Shown: positions 10,232 through 19,218, counted from the stretch's first letter. The stretch is 64,000 bases of DNA from Nitrospirota bacterium (GCA_963790205.1 CAWBNQ010000001.1:544001-608000); one strand, 5' to 3'. Translations and numbers: made by a program. The notes: generated by a model from the letters alone, not told the origin.

Positions 10232-10924
10232 ATGGTAACCGAAGAGAAGAAAAAAGAGCTGTTGGCGAAATTACGCAGCGCCGTGATATCGTATGACGAG
10301 GACACCTCCAAAGAGGCGGCCCAGGAAGCGCTGGACGTGGGCATGGACGCGAACGACGCCATCTTCAACGGCCTCGTCTCCGGCATGGTGGAGGTCGGGA
10401 AGATGTTCGAGGCCCAGGAATACTTCGTTCCGGAGCTCCTCATGTGCGCCGACGCGCTCTATGCGGGCCTGGACATCCTGAAGCCCCACGTGACGCAGAT
10501 GGACCTCGGGGTGAAGGGTTCGGTCGTGATCGGGACCGTGGAAGGCGACGTGCACGACATCGGCAAGAATATCGTAAAGATGATGTTCGATGTGGCGGGT
10601 TTCACGGTCTATGACCTCGGCCGCGACGTGCCTCTCGACAAGTTCGTGGCCGAGCAGCTCCGGACCGACTCGGACCTGGTCTGCCTCTCAGCCATGATGA
10701 CCACCACCATGACAGGCATGAAGAAGGTCATCGACGACCTCCGGGCAAAGAACCCCAACGTCAAGATCATGATCGGAGGGGCGCCCGTGTCCCAGGACGT
10801 GGCCGACAAGTACGGCGCGGACGGGTATGCCAAGGACGCGACCAATGCATTGAAGGACGCGATCAACATGATCGCCTCGCTCAAGAAGATGAAGGACGAA
10901 GCTGAAGCGAGGAAACGCGCATAA
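10232..10924 (+). CDS. methyltransferase corrinoid protein (MtaC/MttC-like)
   Basis: Cap domain (YFVPELL) plus B12-binding motif EGDVHDIGKNIV...SAMMTTT...MIGGAP. Confidence 0.92.
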   Translation: MVTEEKKKELLAKLRSAVISYDEDTSKEAAQEALDVGMDANDAIFNGLVSGMVEVGKMFEAQEYFVPELLMCADALYAGLDILKPHVTQMDLGVKGSVVIGTVEGDVHDIGKNIVKMMFDVAGFTVYDLGRDVPLDKFVAEQLRTDSDLVCLSAMMTTTMTGMKKVIDDLRAKNPNVKIMIGGAPVSQDVADKYGADGYAKDATNALKDAINMIASLKKMKDEAEARKRA

Positions 10925-10948
10925 ATGCGATCGAGGTGGATGTATTAC

Positions 10949-11000
10949 CTCCCTCGCCTCGATCCTCGCCCCAGGGGGAGAGGGCCGGGGTGAAGGGGCT
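10949..11000. repeat. intergenic palindrome of the CCCTC...GAGAGGG...GTGAGGGG type
   Basis: ccctcgcctcgatcctcgccccagggggagagggccggggtgaagggg. Confidence 0.5.
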
Positions 11001-11016
11001 TTCGAGTGAAAATAAA

Positions 11017-11653
11017 ATGAAGATCGAACTCAAGACAGAGCTGCTCGGCCACGGCGCCGCAGTCGTGGGCATTGCCGGGCTCCGGGGCCACATGAGTGGA
11101 GAGCTCGCCCACCTGGACCAAGCCGTGTCCATCGGCGTGGACCGGAAGCTGAACGAGGACACGCTGAGCCTCCTCATGAAGCTCCAGAAGCGCGCGGTGC
11201 GCTATCTGAAGTCCCGGGGGTACCGTACGCTTGGCCATCCCGCCGGATTCGGACCGGAAGCAGGGGACGTTCGTATCGAAACTGTACTCCCTGTTCAACC
11301 ACAAGATGGCGGCCACCTCGGCCGGGCTGGGCTGGATCGGGAAGAACGGCCTCCTCATCAGTGCGGACTACGGTCCCCGGTTGTCTCTGGCCACGGTTCT
11401 GACCGATGCGCCGCTCAATGCGGATGCGCCCATGGAATACAGCCTCTGCGGCGACTGCGTCCTGTGCATGACCCACTGCCCGTCAAAGGCGATCACCGGC
11501 TCGGAATGGTCAAGGTCCGCGCCGTTCGTCGAGCTCGTGAGGCTTTCCGTCTGCAGGTCCCACAAGGCAACGAAGCGTGCCACGGACGGAAAGCCCAACT
11601 GCGGGCTGTGCATCAACATATGTCCCTATGGGAGAGAGAACAAGCGCCAATGA
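11017..11653 (+). CDS. QueG/reductive-dehalogenase-like cobalamin Fe-S protein (frameshift near 11233)
   Basis: N-part GAAVVGIAG...YLKSRGYRTL joins AIPPDSD...HKMAATSAGLGWIGKNGLL...YGPRLSLATVLTD...CGDCVLCMTHCP...C...CGLCINICP if one G is removed. Confidence 0.75.
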
Positions 11654-11741
11654 ACAAACGTTTGGAATTTGATATCTGAAATTTGAACATTATTTGAGAT
11701 GTGTGATTTGAGTTTTTGAATTTCGGCAGTCTGGAGGAAGC

Positions 11742-13718
11742 ATGTCTAAGAAACATAAAGTCATCTTTCAGCCCTCGGGCAGGCGCGGCGAAGTGGAGGA
11801 AGGCAAGACCATCCTCGAGGCCGCCCAGTCTTTGGGTGTGGATATCGAGGGGCTCTGCGGGAACAAAAAGGTCTGCGGCAAGTGCAAGGTCCGGATCGAA
11901 GAGGGGTATTTCGAGAAGGACAACATCGAATCGGGCATGGCCCACCTCTCGCCGCTGACGGAGGCGGAGAAAAAACACATAAAGCCCGAGGACGGCCCCG
12001 GCATGAGGCTGTCCTGCACCGCCGAGGTCCATGGCGACATCAAGGTCTTCGTACCCGAGCGATCGCGGGCAGGGAAGCAGGTCGTCAGGAAGGCCGCGAA
12101 GGAGCTCACGATCAAGCTCGACCCGGCTATCAGGAAATACAACGTGGAACTCGTGCCCCCGACGCTCCACGACATGACCACCGGAGACCGGGAGCGGGTC
12201 TTGAAGTTCCTCGAGGACGATTACGGACTTACAGAGCTTACGTTTGACTACCTGGTCCTGAAGGACCTTCAGGATGTTCTGCGCAAAGGCGGCTGGAAGG
12301 CAACGGTCACGGTATGGATGGACAAGGAAATCATTAAAGTTGAGTCTGGCTTCGTCGAAGCAAGCTATGGTCTTGCCGTGGACATCGGCACCACCACCTG
12401 CGTGGGCTACCTCACGGACCTGAACACGGGCAAGGTCGTGAACACCGAGTCGATCATGAACCCCCAGGTGCCCTACGGCGAGGACGTGATGTCGCGCATC
12501 ACCTTTGCCATGAGCAACCCGGGCGGCCTCGAGACCATGCAGAAGGCGATCATTCAGGGCCTGAACGAGATCATCGCGCGGGTGGTATCGGAGATCATCA
12601 AAGACGGCCCGGATCCCGGCCGCGTGATCGACGACCTCACGATCGTATTCAACACGGCCATGCACCATATCTTCCTCGGCTTGAACCCCGAATATATCGG
12701 CCGCTCGCCCTTCATCCCCGCGGTCCAGAGCTCCCTCGACATCAAGGCGCGCGACCTGGGCCTCAAGATCAATCCCTCGGCCTACATCCACGTACTGCCC
12801 ATTGAGGCGGGTTTTGTGGGCGCCGACAACGTGGGCGTCTTGATCGCCGAGGAACCCTATAATCAGGATGAGATGGTGCTGATCATCGACATCGGAACGA
12901 ACGGCGAGCTGCTCCTGGGCAACCGGAACAAGGTCTGCTCCACCTCGTGCGCAACCGGGCCGGCCTTTGAAGGCGCCCAGATCAAGTTCGGTATGCGCGC
13001 GGCCCCGGGCGCCATCGAGACCGTCGAGATCGATCCCGAGACCAAAGAACCGCGCTACAAGGTCATCGGCAAGGCGGACTGGCACACGCACATCGAGGCG
13101 GTGAATGCCAAGGGCCTCTGCGGCTCGGGCATCATCGGGGTCGTGGCGGAAATGTTCAAAGCCGGCGTCATCGACAAAAGCGGCAGGTTCGTCATGGACC
13201 TCGGCACGCCGCGGGTCAGGAAGGACGCTGACGGCAAACCCGAGTACGTGCTGGCCTGGGCGGCCGAGACCTCCATTGGCCAGGACATCACCATTACCCA
13301 GGGCGACGTACGGGCGCTGCAATTGGCGAAAGGGGCCCTCTATGCGGGCGCAAAGCTGATGATGAAGCGGCTCGGCGTCACCAAGCTCGATCGCGTGATC
13401 CTGGCGGGCGCCTTCGGGAGCCACATCGACAAGGTGGCTTCGATGACGCTCGGCATGTTCCCGGACTGCCCCATCGACATGGTCTACGCCGTGGGCAACG
13501 CTGCCGGAGACGGCTCGCGCATGGCGCTCTTGAACCGGGACAAGCGGCGCGAGGCGAACGAGCGGGCGCGGTGGGTCGAGTTCGTCGAGATCGCCACGGA
13601 CCCGGCGTTCGAGAAAGAGTTCATGCAGGCGATGCACATCCCCCACATGAAGGACAAGTTCCCGAATTTGAAGGAGCTGCTCGAGAGGTCGAGGAGCCCC
13701 GTGGAGATTAAAGCATAG
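11742..13718 (+). CDS. ASKHA-domain reductive activator of corrinoid proteins (RACo/RamA-like) with N-terminal 2Fe-2S domain
   Basis: CGNKKVCGKC...RLSC, AVDIGTTT, NPQVPYGEDVMSRI, DIGTNGE, ATGPAFEG, GLCGSG, LAGAFG, GNAA. Confidence 0.92.
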   Translation: MSKKHKVIFQPSGRRGEVEEGKTILEAAQSLGVDIEGLCGNKKVCGKCKVRIEEGYFEKDNIESGMAHLSPLTEAEKKHIKPEDGPGMRLSCTAEVHGDIKVFVPERSRAGKQVVRKAAKELTIKLDPAIRKYNVELVPPTLHDMTTGDRERVLKFLEDDYGLTELTFDYLVLKDLQDVLRKGGWKATVTVWMDKEIIKVESGFVEASYGLAVDIGTTTCVGYLTDLNTGKVVNTESIMNPQVPYGEDVMSRITFAMSNPGGLETMQKAIIQGLNEIIARVVSEIIKDGPDPGRVIDDLTIVFNTAMHHIFLGLNPEYIGRSPFIPAVQSSLDIKARDLGLKINPSAYIHVLPIEAGFVGADNVGVLIAEEPYNQDEMVLIIDIGTNGELLLGNRNKVCSTSCATGPAFEGAQIKFGMRAAPGAIETVEIDPETKEPRYKVIGKADWHTHIEAVNAKGLCGSGIIGVVAEMFKAGVIDKSGRFVMDLGTPRVRKDADGKPEYVLAWAAETSIGQDITITQGDVRALQLAKGALYAGAKLMMKRLGVTKLDRVILAGAFGSHIDKVASMTLGMFPDCPIDMVYAVGNAAGDGSRMALLNRDKRREANERARWVEFVEIATDPAFEKEFMQAMHIPHMKDKFPNLKELLERSRSPVEIKA

Positions 13719-13962
13719 GTTCAAAAAATATTCACCACAGAGTACGCAGAGAAGAACAGTAAGCTGATTGTTTTCGTTTCTCTGCCATACAGCACTATCT
13801 TTCTCGTCTTCCCCTGTGACCTCTGTGGTTAAAATTGATTTTTAAAAGAATTATCACCGGGCCCCCCCGGTGGTAATGGGGTTGCAGGGGCAGGGGGCCG
13901 GCACTTTCCCGGGGCCTTCCTGCCCCTTATACCTTAGGTTTTCAAAAAGACGAGTTCTCTCT

Positions 13963-14277
13963 ATGACAACGGTAATAGTAAACTCAGGGGCCTGCGGGTA
14001 TTCCGTCACGATCAAGGCGGAAAAGGGCAAGGACGGGAAGATCGCTCTTTCTCTCACGACGGACTGCGAGATGGTAACAAAGATGCTCGAGGACATCGCC
14101 GTTGTCGACCGTTTTGCCGCATTGACCGGGTTCCAGAACAATCCCGTGTACCGGTCCGCGTCAAAACACTTGAAACACGCGGCCTGCGTTGTGCCGTCCG
14201 CTATTTTGAAGGCCATCGAGGCCGAGGCGGGCTTGAATGTGCCGAAAGACGCGGTCATACGCTTCGTAAAAGAGTAA
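13963..14277 (+). CDS. small Cys/His-rich putative metal-binding protein (DUF6951-like)
   Basis: NSGACG...TDCE...HAACVVPSAILKAIEAEAGL..PKD. Confidence 0.6.
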   Translation: MTTVIVNSGACGYSVTIKAEKGKDGKIALSLTTDCEMVTKMLEDIAVVDRFAALTGFQNNPVYRSASKHLKHAACVVPSAILKAIEAEAGLNVPKDAVIRFVKE

Positions 14278-14341
14278 GCAAGACCATGGCCGACATCCGG
14301 ATATTTCGCGTGTTATACTTGCAGTGTCATCTGGTGAATGC

Positions 14342-15040
14342 ATGACTACCCTGGGAAAGATACTGGTTGTCGCGGCATACTGCGTGTACGCAGCGTTCTG
14401 GATACGGTTTTTCGCGCATTTGCTCGTGTGGTGGAGGGCCGCAAGGCGGCTTTCGGCGGGGGCCCCGGCGCCCGCCCCCCGATCGCGGTTGAAGGCCTGG
14501 GCGCTCACGGCCTCGGACGTGTTCCTTTTCGGACGGCTTCTGGTCGTGAACCCCGCGCTCTGGATCGGGGAGTGGGTCTTTCACGTTTCCTTTCTCCTGG
14601 TGCTCCTGCGGCATTTGCGGTATTTCCTGGACCCCGTGCCCGCGTGGGTATGGAGCGTTCAGTTCGCGGGCGCGATCGCGGGCTATATCCTGCCGCTCTC
14701 CCTCGTATACATCCTCGTCATCCGGCTGCTCACTGCACGGGAGAAATACGCTTCCCGCGCGAACGTGTTCCTCCTGGGCCTGGTGCTCGTCATCAGCTCG
14801 ATCGGGCTCATCATGCACGTGTGGCTCACGCCGAACCTCGTGGAGGTGAAGCTCTTCGCCCTCGGCTTGGCATGCTTCAAGCCGTCGCCCGCGCCGGGGA
14901 GCTTGTTGTTCATGGCGCACTTTATCCTGGTCCTGGTCCTGATTCCTTTTCTGCCCACGCACATCTTCACCGCGCCGCTCGTGATGATGGAGGCGAGAAA
15001 GAGGGAGCAGGCGCTCCACCTGGTGATGCATGAAGAATAA
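14342..15040 (+). CDS. NarI/HdrE/DsrM-like di-heme b membrane anchor
   Basis: About 5 TM helices with His residues in FHVSF..RHLRY, AHF and PTH; overlaps the downstream CCG protein. Confidence 0.75.
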   Translation: MTTLGKILVVAAYCVYAAFWIRFFAHLLVWWRAARRLSAGAPAPAPRSRLKAWALTASDVFLFGRLLVVNPALWIGEWVFHVSFLLVLLRHLRYFLDPVPAWVWSVQFAGAIAGYILPLSLVYILVIRLLTAREKYASRANVFLLGLVLVISSIGLIMHVWLTPNLVEVKLFALGLACFKPSPAPGSLLFMAHFILVLVLIPFLPTHIFTAPLVMMEARKREQALHLVMHEE

Positions 15041-16232
15041 ACGTTCATTCACGGAAGAGCTCCTGCCCCGGCAGGTCATCGAGCTCGACGCCTGCACCCA
15101 GTGCGGCGAGTGCTTGAAGCATTGCCCGGTCCAGGACGTTGCCGGGAATCCCGCGGTCTCGCCGCCCGAGAAGATCCGCATGTTCCGCGAGTTCATCCGC
15201 GCATCCGACGGTCTCAAGGCCACGCTCTTCGGCCCCCGCGAGGTTGACCGCAAACGGCTCGAGGACTTTACCAGGGCGGTGTATGAGTGCACGACCTGCG
15301 GCGCCTGCGGCCGGAAATGCCCGGTCGGGATCTTCACCCAGCGGCTCTGGCCCATGCTCAGAAAAGAAATGGTCAAGCGCGGACTCGGGCCCATCGGGAT
15401 CCAGGCGAACCTGCCCAAGGCGATCGAGCATTCCGGCAACCCTTATGACAAACCGGCGGCTGAACGCTACCAGCCCTGGTTCCCTGAACAGGTGAAGCTT
15501 GCAGAGCGGGCCGACATCGCCTATTACGCGGGATGCACGGGCGCTTACGAGGCGCAGCCCATGGTCAAGGGGGACGTGCTGGCATTACATGCGATCGGCG
15601 AGCCCTTTACCATGCTTCCGCCGGAGGAAGAGGTCTGCTGCGGCTTTCCTCTTTTTATTACGGGCCAGCACGACCTTCTCAAGGACCTTACGAAGAGGCT
15701 CGTGGAGGGATACAAGGCAAAGGGAGTGAAGGTCCTCGTCTGTTCCTGCCCCTGCTGCGTGAACATCATGACCAGGGACTGGCCGCTGTTCTACGGAGAG
15801 GCGCTCCCGTTCAAGATCCGGCATATCACGCAGTACGTGTCGGACGCGCTCTCAACAGGGAAACTCAGGCTGACGAAGGCATTAAACGAATCCGTCATCT
15901 ATCACGACCCCTGCTACCTCTCCCGGGGGGTCGGAGTGATCGAGGAGCCGCGCACGGTGCTCAAAAGCATCCCCGGCCTCACGCTCCTGGAGTTCGAGCG
16001 CCACGGGCTCAACTCCCGCTGCTGCGGCTCCGGCGGGGCCGCGAGGAAGGTCTTTCACGAAAACGCCATTGCCATGGGCAGGCTGACGATCGACGAGGCT
16101 GTGGCAAAGAAGGCGGACCGCCTGATCCTCGCCTGCCCAGCCTGCTACGCAAAGGTGAACGAGGCCATGCAGGGACACAAGAACCAGATACGGATCACGG
16201 ACATCATGGAACTGGTGAGCGGGTTGATTTAA
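15030..16232 (+). CDS. HdrD/DsrK-like heterodisulfide-reductase catalytic subunit
   Basis: Two CxxCxxCxxxCP motifs and two CCG domains (GCT..CCG..CPCC; HDPC..CCG..CPAC). Confidence 0.88.
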   Translation: MKNKRSFTEELLPRQVIELDACTQCGECLKHCPVQDVAGNPAVSPPEKIRMFREFIRASDGLKATLFGPREVDRKRLEDFTRAVYECTTCGACGRKCPVGIFTQRLWPMLRKEMVKRGLGPIGIQANLPKAIEHSGNPYDKPAAERYQPWFPEQVKLAERADIAYYAGCTGAYEAQPMVKGDVLALHAIGEPFTMLPPEEEVCCGFPLFITGQHDLLKDLTKRLVEGYKAKGVKVLVCSCPCCVNIMTRDWPLFYGEALPFKIRHITQYVSDALSTGKLRLTKALNESVIYHDPCYLSRGVGVIEEPRTVLKSIPGLTLLEFERHGLNSRCCGSGGAARKVFHENAIAMGRLTIDEAVAKKADRLILACPACYAKVNEAMQGHKNQIRITDIMELVSGLI

Positions 16233-16255
16233 AAGATGTACTAAGGCTATTTGGT

Positions 16256-16330
16256 CGTCATTCCTGCGAAAGCAGGAATCCAGGATCTTATTGAAAACTC
16301 ACTGGATTCCGGGTCAAGCCCGGAATGACG
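16256..16330. repeat. REP-like double hairpin (GTCATTCC...GGAATCCAG / CTGGATTCC...GGAATGAC)
   Basis: cgtcattcctgcgaaagcaggaatccag ... ctggattccgggtcaagcccggaatgacg. Confidence 0.75.
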
Positions 16331-16352
16331 GCGTAAGGGAAAGCAAAAAATC

Positions 16353-17612
16353 ATGAGCCATTTTTCGATTCAATGCAGAAAGTGCGGCAAAACCCTCGAA
16401 CACGCCTACTGCGCCTTCTGCGAACACTGCAAGGACGCGCTCCTCGTCACGAATTATCACGACACCAGGTTCGCGGAACGCGAAGCCGACGGTATCTGGA
16501 GGTTCAACTGGCTTCCGGTCCATGGCTCGCAGTTCTCCCAGCCGGGTCCGCTCGTATACCGATCGCAGCGCCTCGCGGAGCGCCTCGGCCTCGAAAAGCT
16601 CTACATTGCCTTCAACGGGTACTGGCCCGAGAAGGGAGCCTTGCTCGAAACGTGCACGTTCAAGGAGTTCGAAGCAGCGGTCGTGCTCCAGAACGCCCGG
16701 GAGAACGGCGTCGAGGGACTGATCGTGGCCTCGGCAGGGAACACGGCGCGGGCCTTCGCGCACCTCTCGACCGTAACGGGATTTCCGGTCGTCATTGTCG
16801 TGCCCCGGATGTGCCTCGAGGAAATGTGGTATCTCGAACGCTCGAGCGCGGTACCGACGCTCGCCGTTGGGGACGGGGACTACGCCGACTCCATCGACGT
16901 TGCCAGGAAGATCGCCCTGGCCCGGGGCTTTCCCTTCGAGGGAGGCGTAAAGAACATCGCCAAGCGGGACGGCCTCGGCATCGTGATGCTCGAAGCAGTA
17001 TCGAAGATAGGCAGGCTGCCGGACCATTACGCCCAGGCCGTGGGAAGCGGCACCGGCGCCATCGGCGCGTGGGAGATGGCCGAGCGGTTCGTGAAAGACG
17101 GCAGGTTCGGACCGCGGTTGCCGATCCTCCACTTGGGACAGAACCTTCCCTTCGCTCCCATGGTCCATGCCTGGGAGCGCCGGAGCCGGACGCTGTTCCC
17201 CGAGGACCTGAGGCCGGAGCTGATCGGTCAGATCACGACGCGCGTGCTCTCAACGCGCTATCCCGCCTACTCGGTCCAGGGCGGCTTGTACGACGCCCTC
17301 ACGGCAACGGGCGGAAAGATGTACGGCATCGAGAACGACGCCGTCTACGCCGGCATGGAGCTTTTCCACGAGGCCGAGGGCATCGACATCGTTCCCGCCT
17401 CGGGCGTGGCTGTTGCCGCGCTCGGCGAAGCCGTACGCACAAACGCTATCAGGAAGAACGAGACCGTGCTCTTGAACATCACCGGCGGGGGCGAGGCGCG
17501 GCTCCGGCAGGCGAAGAAGACCTACGCTGTTGAGCCGAAGTTCATATCCAAGAACGCCACTGACCAAGAGATAGAGGAGCTTCTGTGCCACGCCCTGAAG
17601 AAGAACTCATAA
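16353..17612 (+). CDS. cysteate synthase (threonine-synthase-like PLP enzyme; O-phosphoserine + sulfite)
   Basis: N-terminal Zn ribbon; FNGYWPEKGA..TCTFKEFEA (PLP Lys), ASAGNTARAF, EGGVKNIAKRDG, QAVGSGTG, RYPAYSVQGG, LLNITGGG; adjacent to comDE. Confidence 0.85.
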   Translation: MSHFSIQCRKCGKTLEHAYCAFCEHCKDALLVTNYHDTRFAEREADGIWRFNWLPVHGSQFSQPGPLVYRSQRLAERLGLEKLYIAFNGYWPEKGALLETCTFKEFEAAVVLQNARENGVEGLIVASAGNTARAFAHLSTVTGFPVVIVVPRMCLEEMWYLERSSAVPTLAVGDGDYADSIDVARKIALARGFPFEGGVKNIAKRDGLGIVMLEAVSKIGRLPDHYAQAVGSGTGAIGAWEMAERFVKDGRFGPRLPILHLGQNLPFAPMVHAWERRSRTLFPEDLRPELIGQITTRVLSTRYPAYSVQGGLYDALTATGGKMYGIENDAVYAGMELFHEAEGIDIVPASGVAVAALGEAVRTNAIRKNETVLLNITGGGEARLRQAKKTYAVEPKFISKNATDQEIEELLCHALKKNS

Positions 17613-18721
17613 CCATCCTCAAAAAGCACGGGGTTGACTTCACCGCCTCGCTTCCCTGCGAGAAGATCAAGACCCTCCTCGAGATAGTGGGTCTGTCTTT
17701 CTTTCACGTACCCCTGACAAGAGAAGAAGAAGGCGTCGGCATCTCCGCCGGGGCCGCGCTCTCGGGCAGAAGACCAGCCCTCTTCGTCCAGAGCTCGGGG
17801 CTGGGGAACATGATCAATGCCCTGCTTTCGCTCACGCAGTTCTACGAGCTTCCGCTCGCGCTGTTCGTCAGCAGGCGGGGGGTCTACAAGGAAAAGATCG
17901 AGGCCCAGGTCCCCATGGGTCAGAAGCTCCCCGGAATCCTCGCGGGCGCGGGAATCACGTACTCAAAAATAAACACAAAAAACGACATCAACCTGATGGA
18001 CCGGGAACTTCAGGAGGTCTACGGCAAAAACAGGATACATGCGTTCCTGATGAGCCCTGAAGTGTGGGAGGGGTCGAAGTGCGGGGGAGCAGATGCAGGA
18101 AGCAAGATACAGAATAATCAGGATGTTGTTCATCGTCCGCCGTCCGTCGTCCATCATCCATCGCGCGCCACCCTCACCCGGTACGATATCATCAGAATCC
18201 TCGCGCCGTATCTTGAAGGTAAGGCCGTAGTGAGCAATCTCGGCTGGCCCTCCAAGGAACTCTACGCCGTAAAACACCAGCCCTCGAACTTTTACATGCT
18301 CGGAAGCATGGGCATGGCCACGCCCATCGGTCTCGGCATTGCGCTCACGTCATCGAAGGAAATCATCGTGATCGACGGCGACGGCAGCCTGCTCATGAAT
18401 CCCGGCACGCTGGCAACGGCCGCCGACCGTGCGCCGCGAAATCTCACGATCGTCGCGATCGACAACAACGCCTACGGCTCCACGGGAAACCAGCCGACGT
18501 TAACGGGGACATGCGTTGATCTCGAAGCCGTCGCGCGCGGGTTCGGGTTCAGGAATACCGTTAAGGTTTCGAGTGAAGAGCAGATTGTGGAAACGATGAA
18601 ACAGCGAGAAGGTTTGACGTTTATTCACGCCCTGGCGATTCCCGGGAACAAGGACGTGCCGAATATCCCCGTGCATCATCTGGAGATCAAAAAGCAGGTG
18701 CAGGAGTTTCTGAAAAAGTGA
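17585..18721 (+). CDS. comDE: fused sulfopyruvate decarboxylase alpha/beta (ThDP-dependent)
   Basis: ComD part LPCEK..TREEEGVGISAG..QSSGLGNMINALLSL; ComE part SNLGWPSKELY..NFYMLGSMG..GDGSLLMN..DNNAYGSTGNQPT; GTG start after GAGGAG. Confidence 0.82.
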   Translation: MPRPEEELITILKKHGVDFTASLPCEKIKTLLEIVGLSFFHVPLTREEEGVGISAGAALSGRRPALFVQSSGLGNMINALLSLTQFYELPLALFVSRRGVYKEKIEAQVPMGQKLPGILAGAGITYSKINTKNDINLMDRELQEVYGKNRIHAFLMSPEVWEGSKCGGADAGSKIQNNQDVVHRPPSVVHHPSRATLTRYDIIRILAPYLEGKAVVSNLGWPSKELYAVKHQPSNFYMLGSMGMATPIGLGIALTSSKEIIVIDGDGSLLMNPGTLATAADRAPRNLTIVAIDNNAYGSTGNQPTLTGTCVDLEAVARGFGFRNTVKVSSEEQIVETMKQREGLTFIHALAIPGNKDVPNIPVHHLEIKKQVQEFLKK

Positions 18722-18882
18722 TCGGCCTACCCATGTATACCGCGTGGTTTTAACTGACAGTATAAGAGTGAAGGATTACCTCGAACTCTTGCCTATCCAT
18801 TTGACGTGTCTTTGCTTAGCTCACCTACTACTTCGCAGAGCAGGTTGTAAAATAATATGAGAATTTCCAGCAGTAACTCACG

Positions 18883-18939
18883 CTTGAACGCGCGCCTGAC
18901 GCGCCGCAGGGCGCGTCGCTGTCGAGGCGCTTGTTATTT
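18883..18939 (-). other. integron attC site 1 (57 bp)
   Basis: Minus strand AAATAAC-AA-GCGCCT(C)GAC...GTCAGGCGC-GC-GTTCAAG; overlaps the upstream stop codon; has an extrahelical base. Confidence 0.7.
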
Positions 18940-19218
18940 TTTTAATAAGGTTGGGACTCCGTTATTGAAGTAATAGTAACCACATGTTTCTGAAATTATA
19001 ATTAAGCTGATGAAGCCGCCAAATGCCAACAGAACACCTATGATTAGCATTGACTTCTCAGTTTTAGAATATTCTCTTATCGCTGCAATTGGATTAAGAA
19101 TAAGAAGCTTTCGAGTCCTGGTCTGATATAAGATCGGCGCTAAAACGAGTAGAATTAATCCAGCAAAGAAACTGAGAAACGACGGAATAAGATGCTTGTT
19201 GATTAATAACCAATCCAT
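18934..19218 (-). CDS. small AT-rich 2-TM hypothetical protein (gene cassette)
   Basis: ORF with GAGGAGG RBS, bounded by attC sites. Confidence 0.7.
   Translation of the reverse strand: MDWLLINKHLIPSFLSFFAGLILLVLAPILYQTRTRKLLILNPIAAIREYSKTEKSMLIIGVLLAFGGFISLIIISETCGYYYFNNGVPTLLKK

Noticed and set aside
11613..13724. 703-aa minus-strand ORF, and similar long antisense ORFs (5817..7175, 24588..25727, 39649..40878, 45478..46563, 50501..51574)
   Set aside because: These are antisense shadows of well-supported GC-rich genes and carry no motifs of their own.
13853..13927. Cobalamin riboswitch within the corrinoid cluster
   Set aside because: GC-rich hairpins are present but I could not find the B12-box or the conserved GGGAA/GCCACTG elements.
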